In this document: piece after piece, positions 48,634 through 57,008 of the stretch
Layout: each line of letters opens with the position of its first letter
Position numbering within the stretch: position 1 is the stretch's first letter
Origin: a virus
DNA: 64,000 nt
Virus record (IMG/VR): IMGVR_UViG_3300030061_002247
Coordinates: 1-64,000 of that record
Reading direction: 5' to 3' (one strand)
Made by a program: the position numbers and the translations under genes
The notes under the pieces: generated by a model
What the model saw: only the letters and a program-made list of their open reading frames with translations
Databases searched by the model: none
Told to the model about the DNA's origin: nothing

Positions 48634-49712
48634 TCACTCTCCTGTTTCTTGTCTTGTTCCTTTATATGAGGAAGGTCAACCTTACCCACACCTACGTCTG
48701 TTACATCTATCATGTTGGAACTCCCACATGTGATGCACGGTATCTCACCGTTGCTGTCTCTCTCTATATTCGACCCTACGACTTCCTGAGCATCGCAATT
48801 GAGACACTCGAATATCCTATCGTCCACGTCTGTTAGTTCACTATCATCTTTCCTTGACCACCCAGTCTCGGTATACTCCCAGTCATCGAACTCGTCGTCA
48901 TCCTCAAGGGAATCGTTCACCTGTTTGTATATGCTCTGCGTGTTGATACTCGCATAGTGGTTGCCCCACCCTCCTGAGTATCCACTCCACTTGTTGGATG
49001 ACACACGTGAGTCTCCAACAGGCAAGCCACACACATCAGCGATGTACTGTTGCTGACTCGATGCCTCGACCTCATGGACACACATGTGTTCCCTGACCCA
49101 ATCAATCAACTGACCTGCATCCTTCCATGTGTGTTGGGACTCAGGCAGTAGGTAGTGAGCAAGGATAGCCAACTGCACACCAGTCCTACCATGTCCACCC
49201 ATGCACTGGCAAGAGACAGTCTTGACACCCTTGGTGTAGATGTCCTCAACAAGTGCGAGCCAGAACTCACGACCCAATCCCGTAGGGATGGAGTAGTCCG
49301 GCCAGTCGATGCTGAACACAGCAGTCATGCTGTCAGACACCTGCGTGTTGGATGCCTTCCAACCCTCAGGGAAATCATGGTCACCACTCTTGAGATACCT
49401 GTGTCCCTTAGACACAATCTCACTTGGGCCAATTGCAACATCCGGTAGTGGGTTCATCAACCACCAACCACCTTGACGGCTTGAGCCACCACCGTAGACC
49501 TCGATACCCTCAGGTGTTGTGAACACAAGCACGTTGCCTGTATGACATCCGTTCTTGGATACATACGTGTGTCCCTTGGACTTGGGCTTGTGCTTGCCAC
49601 AGTAGTCACCGACCTTCGGTGCGTCATTCTGGCATGTCTCGTGTTTGCATATCTTTCTCTGTTTCATCTTCTCATCTCCGTTCTTACCTGTAAGGTACTT
49701 CTTCCATTTCAT
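48630..49712 (-). CDS. Dual-specificity (CDKN3/Cdc14-like) phosphatase with flanking Zn-binding domains
   Basis: IDWPDYSIP (WPD loop), CQCMGGHGRTG (CX5R), VEASSQQQYI (Q loop); C-terminal CLNC...CITC. Confidence 0.85.
   Translation of the reverse strand: MKWKKYLTGKNGDEKMKQRKICKHETCQNDAPKVGDYCGKHKPKSKGHTYVSKNGCHTGNVLVFTTPEGIEVYGGGSSRQGGWWLMNPLPDVAIGPSEIVSKGHRYLKSGDHDFPEGWKASNTQVSDSMTAVFSIDWPDYSIPTGLGREFWLALVEDIYTKGVKTVSCQCMGGHGRTGVQLAILAHYLLPESQHTWKDAGQLIDWVREHMCVHEVEASSQQQYIADVCGLPVGDSRVSSNKWSGYSGGWGNHYASINTQSIYKQVNDSLEDDDEFDDWEYTETGWSRKDDSELTDVDDRIFECLNCDAQEVVGSNIERDSNGEIPCITCGSSNMIDVTDVGVGKVDLPHIKEQDKKQESE
48656..48676 (-). promoter_or_regulatory. Conserved TATA promoter motif, copy 5
   Basis: GTTCCTTTATATGAGGAAGGT. 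Confidence 0.8.
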
Positions 49713-52066
49713 TGTTTCATCTCCTGTGCCAGTTTCAATGCGTTCATGTATGTCACGAACTCATTCGTTTCTAATTCGTACACGAGTTTGGCATACACGT
49801 GTTCGACTTCTTCCCATGTCCCTGCTTCTACGTGGTGACACATGTCAGCAATCAACACAGGTAGTTCCCAGTCAGTGTTAGCGACTGCCTCCTTAGCCTT
49901 CTTGACCACATCTGATTCGACCTTGACAACCTGTGTCTGTTGCTTCCCAAGTAGGAACACGTCGTATGTGTTGGAAGGCACAGACGTGTTGGTCTGCACA
50001 CTCAACTTCTTGATGTGGCTGGCATCGTAGTGGTCTGACCCATGTCCCGTAGGGATGTAAGACTCATGGCCAGTCTTGTTGTACTGGTGGTTCGAGTCAC
50101 CATGGAACATGTGTGTCAAGTCACCGTTCTCGTTCCACTTGTCAAGGACAACCTGAACATCCTCAGGTGCATCCGTGTGTTTGAACACGTGATTCTTCCT
50201 GAAGTACGAAGGACTCTTGCCGAAGAAGCCAAGCACATCCCCCCAGAGGATGTTGCATTCCTGTGCGTTTGTCTCAACACGGTCGTTCACTATGTCCATT
50301 GCAATCATGTATGAGTGAAGGGCATGTCTCATCTCACCCTCTTGGTAGCCGAGTGTTCCAGCAGTGAAGTGAATCATCGTGTCACTACCGAACTTGTTCA
50401 GCAACCCACCGTTGTTATGCTGTGCATTCTCCAAGGCATTGACTGCTTCGACCAGTTCCTTACCCACGTCTTCCAACTCGTCAGCGGATGCTTGCATGAG
50501 TTGGTGTATGAGTGTTGCAACACGAGCACCTTTCTCCGCTCCGTCGCCCCACTTCGGCCCACCGTAGGCTGATGACCAACCGGTCTTGTACTCGTCATGC
50601 ATGTATGTCAGAAGGTACGATGCCTGTTCCCAATCCACGATTACGTCTCTCATCCATCGGTGGTATGGCCTTCGACTGTTCGGCATCCCAACCCCATTGG
50701 GCATGTCCCAATCGGACATGGGTTCAACACCCATGAACGAGTTGACTGCCAGTGGTATGGTGACTCGGTAGTTCTTCTTCTGTGACCTAGCATGTCTCAT
50801 CTCTCCAACAGTCGCACCGATTGTTGCTTTGACAATCCATGCACAGAACACACCACCAAGGAACGCACTGAGTTCAGGGTCGTTGCAAGGCTGACCCATC
50901 CACTGATGGAAGAACGTAGACAGGGCTGACTGCTTCCTGTTCCAATGTGCATTGCCGTATGTTACCCCATCCCTGAACGCACTGACGTGTTGCCAAGGGT
51001 TGTATGGATTGGCAACGAAGTCACCGTCGTTGTTCTGAATGACCCATCCTGAGGCAACCTCAGTCCATGTGTCTCCAACACACACCTCGTCTGTTATGAC
51101 ATACGGGATACCATGTGTCCGACAGTGTGCGTTGATGTGACTCAGTAGTGAGCCGTTAGGCTCTACTACAACGAAGCCATCAGGACAAAGTTCCTTTGTG
51201 ATGTTCTCCTCAAGCCACTGGACTTGTTCAAGTCCAGTCATGACCACAGTCTCAGTCACCACTACATCCCCATCGGGGATAGAGCCGTTGATGCTGACTC
51301 CTTCCGGTGGTGTTCCAATCTGTATGTGTTCGTCACACCCACGTATCTGTGTGAGTATTGACTTGACCGAGTTGATGTACTCGTCATCCCACTGCCTGTT
51401 GTGATGCTCAACATCGTTGAACACCATCTCAATCTCATGCTTGTTGGTATCGTATATGTGTCCACTTCCAGTGCTCATCTTGACGAGTGCTTGTTCAAAC
51501 ACACGATGCTTCTCTGATAGCGGGAACATCAGAGATGTACCTGCGTCAGAGTAGTTAGTCCCGGCAGTCACTCCGTCGTGACCCTCACCGAATACAACAT
51601 ACATGTTCGGAGCAAGGACACACGAGGCAATCGCTGGTTGGTAAGGCTGAACAATCAAGCATCCCTCAGGGTCGTGTTCCAACATGACTGCCTGTAGGTG
51701 CTGAATCGTCTTGACGATAGCATTCTTGTGGTTGACACACCTAGTGCTTTCCAACACACCGTGTCTTGGATTGAGAGGACAAGTCCTCACGAAGATATCA
51801 GTGTCCACTGATATGCTAGACTCACACCACTTGACAACTTCCCAAGGGTCATCGTCAACCAACACGTAGAGCGTCTTGGGAACACGGTAGCCTGCGTAAG
51901 ACTTGCCGAAGTCCACGTAGTGGTCAAGGGCTATCGCTTTCTGCGATTTGACCAATGGCATCCTGTGTGTGTTCCATGTATCCATGTCCGTGTATGTCTT
52001 ATGTTCGTCGTTCATCTCAATCACCTGTGTGTTCTTTTCCATGTTCATCATCTTCTCAATACTCAT
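49709..52066 (-). CDS. PEP-utiliser-like phosphotransferase: ATP-grasp-like N-terminus, phospho-His swivel domain, unknown C-terminal domain
   Basis: GYRVPKT, IFVRTC, LIVQPY, GVTAG, EIEMV and LTQIR resemble the PPDK/PEP-synthase nucleotide-binding domain. VVVEPNGSLLSHINAHCRTHGIP matches GG.TSHAAI.AR..GIP. Confidence 0.7.
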   Translation of the reverse strand: MSIEKMMNMEKNTQVIEMNDEHKTYTDMDTWNTHRMPLVKSQKAIALDHYVDFGKSYAGYRVPKTLYVLVDDDPWEVVKWCESSISVDTDIFVRTCPLNPRHGVLESTRCVNHKNAIVKTIQHLQAVMLEHDPEGCLIVQPYQPAIASCVLAPNMYVVFGEGHDGVTAGTNYSDAGTSLMFPLSEKHRVFEQALVKMSTGSGHIYDTNKHEIEMVFNDVEHHNRQWDDEYINSVKSILTQIRGCDEHIQIGTPPEGVSINGSIPDGDVVVTETVVMTGLEQVQWLEENITKELCPDGFVVVEPNGSLLSHINAHCRTHGIPYVITDEVCVGDTWTEVASGWVIQNNDGDFVANPYNPWQHVSAFRDGVTYGNAHWNRKQSALSTFFHQWMGQPCNDPELSAFLGGVFCAWIVKATIGATVGEMRHARSQKKNYRVTIPLAVNSFMGVEPMSDWDMPNGVGMPNSRRPYHRWMRDVIVDWEQASYLLTYMHDEYKTGWSSAYGGPKWGDGAEKGARVATLIHQLMQASADELEDVGKELVEAVNALENAQHNNGGLLNKFGSDTMIHFTAGTLGYQEGEMRHALHSYMIAMDIVNDRVETNAQECNILWGDVLGFFGKSPSYFRKNHVFKHTDAPEDVQVVLDKWNENGDLTHMFHGDSNHQYNKTGHESYIPTGHGSDHYDASHIKKLSVQTNTSVPSNTYDVFLLGKQQTQVVKVESDVVKKAKEAVANTDWELPVLIADMCHHVEAGTWEEVEHVYAKLVYELETNEFVTYMNALKLAQEMKQ

Positions 52067-52950
52067 TCCTCTTCACTCTCCTGTGTTGGAACTGCGAGAC
52101 CGGCTATGCCAGCCAGTGCCCTTTCCTTGGCTGTCTCAATCGCAAGTATGTTGGTAAACACACTCGCTCCGAATTGCTTCACCTGTGTGTTGCCAACCTT
52201 GACCTTCTCAATCTGCTCATCGAAGGACATGCCCTGAGTGTCAATCAAGTAGTCACTCTTGAGTGTAGCAACGAAGTCATCGGCCTTAGCCAACGGGTGT
52301 GTGTCCCATTGCATGTAAAGCATCTCCTCGAAGTGGCTCTCAATGGTCTTCCTCAGCAACGCATGTATGTCAAGCCCTGCGAGTCTCTCAGTCAGTTTCG
52401 TGTTGTAACTCTCAAGGTCATGCTTGTTGTCGTTCATCTCAGCAACTTTGTTGTTGTCTTCCGCTGACAACTTGTCCATCTTTGCCTTAGGCAAAGCAGT
52501 CAACACGTGGTTGTACCAATCCGTGAGTGTTGCATTGTCCATGTTGACAGCACCACCACCGAACAAGTCCGAGTTCACATAGAACTGGTTGTCTTGGATT
52601 GTCGAAGCCAATCCCTTTGCGTAGTAGTTGTAACTCTTGTGTGTGAATTGCTTCTTCGACATTCTCCATCTCCTACCGAACGGATGCTTGTTCTGGTAGT
52701 AAAACGTGAAGCAGTGACCACTGTGGTCAACGAACCACTTCAAACATGCATCTATGTCAGACACAGACATGTTGTGCTCCGCCATCTTGTTGGCTAGCGA
52801 AGCAGGTCTGAAGTAAATCCCAACATGAGTAAGGAACTCACCTATGTGTGTTGGGACATCAATCCACTTCATCTTTTCCACTTCAGTGGAGAACTCCACT
52901 CCAACCCACGAGTGTTTGGATGAAGTCAACATGCGTTCGTTGTTACTCAT
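52063..52950 (-). CDS. Hypothetical protein
   Basis: 295 aa coupled ORF. Confidence 0.65.
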   Translation of the reverse strand: MSNNERMLTSSKHSWVGVEFSTEVEKMKWIDVPTHIGEFLTHVGIYFRPASLANKMAEHNMSVSDIDACLKWFVDHSGHCFTFYYQNKHPFGRRWRMSKKQFTHKSYNYYAKGLASTIQDNQFYVNSDLFGGGAVNMDNATLTDWYNHVLTALPKAKMDKLSAEDNNKVAEMNDNKHDLESYNTKLTERLAGLDIHALLRKTIESHFEEMLYMQWDTHPLAKADDFVATLKSDYLIDTQGMSFDEQIEKVKVGNTQVKQFGASVFTNILAIETAKERALAGIAGLAVPTQESEEE

Positions 52951-53243
52951 TGAACCACCTCTTCATCATCGACTACAACATAGTCGTGTTTGTCAAGTAG
53001 GAATCCCAAGGGATTCTCCGGGTTGTCTCCTTCGGCATCCAAGACAAACACGAGTCCTCTGGACTCCCAGTTCGGTTGATTGATTGCATCAATCGCCGTG
53101 TATGTTTTGGTCTCCGACAGAGACAATCGACTTCCCAACAGACGGAAGTCAGACCTCGGTCTAACAACAAACGTGTTGGGATATCTAGGGCTTTCGCTGG
53201 TTGGGCTTCTTTCGTTTTTGTTTACACTGATTACCATCGGCAT
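52947..53243 (-). CDS. Hypothetical protein
   Basis: 98 aa; starts 15 nt after promoter copy 6. Confidence 0.6.
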   Translation of the reverse strand: MPMVISVNKNERSPTSESPRYPNTFVVRPRSDFRLLGSRLSLSETKTYTAIDAINQPNWESRGLVFVLDAEGDNPENPLGFLLDKHDYVVVDDEEVVQ

Positions 53244-53258
53244 CGTGACTTCTATTAT

Positions 53259-53279
53259 GTTCCTTTATATGAGAAAGCC
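53259..53279 (-). promoter_or_regulatory. Conserved TATA promoter motif, copy 6
   Basis: GTTCCTTTATATGAGAAAGCC, identical to copy 1. Confidence 0.85.
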
Positions 53280-53806
53280 ACGAAGTTGATTCTATTGCAT
53301 GAGTGTTAAACGATTCCAATCATACGTGTTGGCAATTCCCTTCCTGCGTGCGAGTTGATGTGTCTCGTGTTCAACAGTCCGATGATTCATTCATACAATA
53401 TACATGTGTCTAAGAATACAACTTTCATTGTAGTCTCTACATATATGTATGTACAGTCTATTGTATAGACAATACAGTTAGACAGTTAGACAGTTATACC
53501 AAAGGTATCCAACACACAGGAAAGGCAACACGTATTCACGTATACGTATATGTACAGATGGATACCAACATGTGTTCAACACACGTATGTGTTAGGGAAG
53601 AAGCCTAAGCCGAAGGCTAGGCCTTGATAAGCCAAACAACTGGGAGGCTATGCCTCTCGGAAGTTTGACGTTTTTTTTGGGGGGTAACCTGTGTGTGTTC
53701 TGACACGTGGGAGCACAGGTTGGTTGACATGCTGAGGAGCGAGTCGTTAGACTCACTCCCCAACACTTACGTATGTTCCGAACACTTGCATGTTGGAATC
53801 TTTGAT

Positions 53807-54604
53807 TCAAGCGAAGATGGAGTCATGGACTCCAACGAGCACTGCAAGTTCTTTCTTGCTCCTACCTTTGGTAGGGATGTCTCTGGAATCAGCCTTGAAC
53901 TCCCATTGGGAGTGGTTGCTTCCTTCCCAGTCTGCTTTTAGCAGTGTGGCTTCTCTCTTCTTGCCGTTGATAACGGCAGTCAAGGTGACAGTACCTTTGG
54001 GTACTGCTTTCTTGACCTTGGAAGCCTTCGGCTCTGCTTTGGAAGCCTTTGGCTTAGGGTCAAGTTTGCCGTTCTCATCGAAGAGTTCCTCTTCCTTAGG
54101 TGTGAGTTTAGCCTTCGGCTTTGCTTTCTTGGAAGCCTTAGGCTTCCTAGCCTTCTTGGTTGTCTTCTTCTGAGGCTTTGCCTCAGGTTCAGCCTCAGCC
54201 TCAATAGCCTCTTCGAGGATATTGTCGTAAGCCATCTTCCTTAGGGAAGAGTAGTACTTACTAACCCCGTTAGGGTTAGTAGCAGAAAGCAACTCAGAGA
54301 GTTGGCTATCTTTCAGAGACTTGATGTTTACATCCTTCAGGATGTAGAGACCAGTGGTAGTACCACTGGTAACCTTGCCAGTCTTAGGACAAGTACTTGT
54401 CCAGTCTCTTGGCTTCTGTCGATACGTTAGTATCGCTTTAGCAAAAGCCCTAAGGCTTTTTCTGCTGTACTGAACACCTTTGGTGTTCCTTGACAGAGTA
54501 GACAATGAGTCTACTCTGAGAGTACAGACCGAAGGTCTGTCTGAGTTCCCTAGGAACTCGGCGGTCGTCTTTATGCATTTCAGGATGTCAGATTTCTTGG
54601 CCAT
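53807..54604 (-). CDS. Lysine-rich, histone H1-like basic protein; first gene of the - strand arm
   Basis: KPQKKTTKKARKPKASKKAKPKAK and repeated PKASK; starts about 16 nt after promoter copy 7. Confidence 0.65.
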   Translation of the reverse strand: MAKKSDILKCIKTTAEFLGNSDRPSVCTLRVDSLSTLSRNTKGVQYSRKSLRAFAKAILTYRQKPRDWTSTCPKTGKVTSGTTTGLYILKDVNIKSLKDSQLSELLSATNPNGVSKYYSSLRKMAYDNILEEAIEAEAEPEAKPQKKTTKKARKPKASKKAKPKAKLTPKEEELFDENGKLDPKPKASKAEPKASKVKKAVPKGTVTLTAVINGKKREATLLKADWEGSNHSQWEFKADSRDIPTKGRSKKELAVLVGVHDSIFA

Positions 54605-54620
54605 CGACTCTCATGTGTTG

Positions 54621-54641
54621 AGCCTTTATATGAGGAAGACC
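54621..54641 (-). promoter_or_regulatory. Conserved TATA promoter motif, copy 7 (variant)
   Basis: AGCCTTTATATGAGGAAGACC; the core CCTTTATATGAGGAAG is conserved. Confidence 0.75.
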
Positions 54642-54724
54642 AAGGCCAAACGTTCCGTTCCTTGGAACGGTACGTTCGTGTATGTACATACATGTGTTGG
54701 CTAACTTGTTAGCCCAGTGGCCTA

Positions 54725-54810
54725 GTTAATTGCACCCCGAAAACAGTTAATCGCAGGGTTAATCGCAGGGTTAATCGCCGGAGGCGATGTTAATCGCAAC
54801 GGTTAATCGC
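54725..54810 (+). repeat. GTTAATCGC direct repeats (5 perfect, 1 variant), iteron-like
   Basis: Copies at 54725 (GTTAATTGC), 54746, 54758, 54770, 54789 and 54802. Confidence 0.9.
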
Positions 54811-54839
54811 ATCTTTTAGTCCCACACAGCGCTGCACCA

Positions 54840-54873
54840 TTTTTTCGGTGGGAGGCCCTTTCCCGAAAAAAAA
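54840..54873. terminator. T-tract/A-tract flanked imperfect inverted repeat (terminator-like or unwinding element)
   Basis: TTTTTTCGG-(14 nt)-CCGAAAAAAAA followed by further A tracts. Confidence 0.4.
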
Positions 54874-55247
54874 TTACAGAAAAAAATCAATAATCCAGCC
54901 CCCCTCCCCTCTACCGTGTTGGCAGGAGGCGTTGTCCATAATAGCATGGCTGCACGCATTGGCAAGTCGTCTGTCAGCACGCCCCTCGACCAAGCGTGGA
55001 CTGTGTAGGAGGCGTACTCATGAAGATGCCCAAGATGCATTACAACCAAGGCGGTATGTACTGGCCAGAGAGTAAGAACATACAAGTAGAATGCGAGTAA
55101 TCCTTTATCGTGGCCGGTGTCATCTGTTTGTCATCTCTCTACCTGTTCCAAAATTGACAAAACTCTTTCATGTTTCATAAAGCAGGTGGCATTGGCCACA
55201 CCTAAAAGCCAGCAACGGTTTTATCCTGACCCCCCTTGCGCTTGGGC

Positions 55248-55802
55248 ATGGGTGCATTCGACTCCGCATGGTCACTTCTCAAAAACTTCGATGAGGAGAT
55301 GGACGAATATCGAAGGGTGATGGATGCTCCACCACCAAGGAGAACACCACAGATGGATGATGACCCATTCAGGATGAAACAGCCTGATATGAGTGCCCAG
55401 ATAGAACAGATTCTTGCCGAGATTCAGCGTAGAGAAGGTAGGAAAAACCCTGATTTTCATCACCAAGACTACGATTCGGTCTTTTATAGAAACAAATATG
55501 ACCGAGAAAATCCACAGGATAATCAACTCCTGAACACCACAAGACCTCAGATGAAAGACAGAATGGGGGCTCTACGAGCAGAAATGGAAAGAAGAGCCAG
55601 AAAAAGAGGGTCTCCTGTAGTAGGTGATTCTGCCCCACCAGAAGCAAAAGGTCCTCAACCAATGGGAGCACCGGAGTCTTTCAGTGCTCCAGAGGGCATG
55701 ACTAACGAGGAATATGGTATTATCGACCAGCCGGACAGTAAGTACACCAAAGAACTACAGGGGCAAGCGCTTCAAGACTACATTAAACAAAGGTTTGGTT
55801 GA
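55248..55802 (+). CDS. Leader-family protein (MGAFDSAWSLLK)
   Basis: Start reassigned to ATG 55248; a TTTTAT box lies about 28 nt upstream. Confidence 0.7.
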   Translation: MGAFDSAWSLLKNFDEEMDEYRRVMDAPPPRRTPQMDDDPFRMKQPDMSAQIEQILAEIQRREGRKNPDFHHQDYDSVFYRNKYDRENPQDNQLLNTTRPQMKDRMGALRAEMERRARKRGSPVVGDSAPPEAKGPQPMGAPESFSAPEGMTNEEYGIIDQPDSKYTKELQGQALQDYIKQRFG

Positions 55803-55804
55803 AT

Positions 55805-56134
55805 ATGAGTGTTTTTGACTCTGCATGGTCCTTACTCAAGATGGGTAGGCGTAGTGGAAACAACAGGAGAGGTCAACAAGTCTCCAATCAGAGGCGTTTC
55901 AGAAGACCAATGCAGTTACCACCAGAAGTCATGGAGGTACTAAGTCCTGAGACAAAGGCTAATCTTGAGAGCATGAAACAAAGTGACCCAGAGGCATATA
56001 ACAAGTATCTGATTGAATTGTCTATGGGCTTTAGAGCAAGCCCTCCTCGTAACAGCATGATGCCAGACCCCGGTCAGAGTCAGGTTCGCATACCATACGA
56101 CCCACAAAATGAATCAGGGGTTGAAGGGCAATGA
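55805..56134 (+). CDS. Leader-family protein (MSVFDSAWSLLK), Arg-rich
   Basis: Shared N-terminal motif. Confidence 0.7.
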   Translation: MSVFDSAWSLLKMGRRSGNNRRGQQVSNQRRFRRPMQLPPEVMEVLSPETKANLESMKQSDPEAYNKYLIELSMGFRASPPRNSMMPDPGQSQVRIPYDPQNESGVEGQ

Positions 56135-56628
56135 GTGCTTTCGACAAGGCTTGGTCCTCTCTTCTCATTAAGGGTACGGTTGATGCCATCATGGATGCTG
56201 CATCGTCTCCCGCTTTAGTAACACACGAAGACCACAAAAGAAGAAGTCAAGAAATACACCAGATTCTTGAGGATATAGCGAATCAGCACGGCATTACTAC
56301 GGCTGATATCCATAGACATATAGACCTGTCAGGTCATCCTGATGACCCTAGCGATGCAGTGTATGATGATGTGGCTAGACGAAGGGAAGAGTGGGAGCAG
56401 CAGAATGGAAAGACAAACTGGCCGGGGTACTACGTGACCCATGAGGGCATAGGACCAGACCCCGAACTCAGGCGTGCTGCTGATGAGTGGGAACAAAACT
56501 TCGACCATCCCGGTGGAGACGACCACTTGGAATCGCTTGGTATACGAGAACAGATAAGAAATGCGATGTATGAAATATCAGGACCTGAGTATGATGCTAA
56601 TTACCAACAGAGGATGGGTCAGCAATGA
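56131..56628 (+). CDS. Leader-family protein (MSAFDKAWSSLLIK), acidic/His-rich
   Basis: Shared motif; ATGA coupling. Confidence 0.7.
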   Translation: MSAFDKAWSSLLIKGTVDAIMDAASSPALVTHEDHKRRSQEIHQILEDIANQHGITTADIHRHIDLSGHPDDPSDAVYDDVARRREEWEQQNGKTNWPGYYVTHEGIGPDPELRRAADEWEQNFDHPGGDDHLESLGIREQIRNAMYEISGPEYDANYQQRMGQQ

Positions 56629-56903
56629 GCGCTTTCGACAAGTCTTGGTCGGTTCTGAAGAACCTAGCGCCCACTTCACCCTCTGACCCGATGGGCACAC
56701 GAGCGATAGACTCGATGTTCTGCCAGAGTTGCAAGCAGGGCCTCAATCCGGGCAGTCCACAGTGCGAAAACTGCGGTGCACCTACTGGAAACAGCATGAG
56801 AAACGTCATGGGAGACGGAAATATGCACTCACCGGGGCAGCAGTCCATGATTGAGAGAGCGAGACAGGCCATGGAAGCGCAGAAAAGGTCAGAGGGACAG
56901 TAA
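56625..56903 (+). CDS. Leader-family protein (MSAFDKSWSVLK) with Zn ribbon
   Basis: Shared motif; CQSC...CENC. Confidence 0.7.
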   Translation: MSAFDKSWSVLKNLAPTSPSDPMGTRAIDSMFCQSCKQGLNPGSPQCENCGAPTGNSMRNVMGDGNMHSPGQQSMIERARQAMEAQKRSEGQ

Positions 56904-57008
56904 CCAACTGATACCGAACAGCAAAACCATCGTTGCTAGCCCCATCTTGATTACCAAATCAATCACTACCATTCTAAAACTGTTAAAAATCGCTTCGCTA
57001 ATGCCCAT
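56889..57008 (-). CDS. Possible small membrane protein (39 aa, not in ORF track)
   Basis: MGISEAIFNSFRMVVIDLVIKMGLATMVLLFGISWLLSL; fills an otherwise empty gap. Confidence 0.4.
   Translation of the reverse strand: MGISEAIFNSFRMVVIDLVIKMGLATMVLLFGISWLLSL

Larger units (their letters stand above)
53438..54714. repeat. Dense array of short inverted repeats/palindromes
   Basis: Examples: TGCCGTT-gat-AACGGCA 53962-78; GGAAGCC-tta-GGCTTCC 54131-47; CTGAGGC-ttt-GCCTCAG 54170-86; ACCAGTGGTA-g-TACCACTGGT 54350-70; GGACAAGTACTTGTCC 54387-402; CAGAGTAGAC-aatga-GTCTACTCTG 54494-518. Confidence 0.9.

Noticed and set aside
37049-52950. Acidic C-termini (EEE, ESEEE) on many - strand proteins as a targeting signal
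   Set aside because: Explained by GAGG/GGAG Shine-Dalgarno sequences of the next ATGA-coupled gene embedded in the last codons.
34850-54641. 21-bp repeats as recombination/att sites, or LPHIKEQ as a shared protein motif
   Set aside because: Fixed orientation, a TATA core and position just before start codons fit promoters. The peptide is a by-product and is read in a different frame in the SNF2 gene (SSYKGT).
54725-54810. GTTAATCGC repeats as a mini-CRISPR array
   Set aside because: The repeats are 9 bp with 3-12 nt spacers, far too short.
53300-55230. tRNA genes in the non-coding gaps
   Set aside because: No cloverleaf with a T-loop GTTCRA and matching acceptor stem was found by eye; tRNAscan-SE would settle it.
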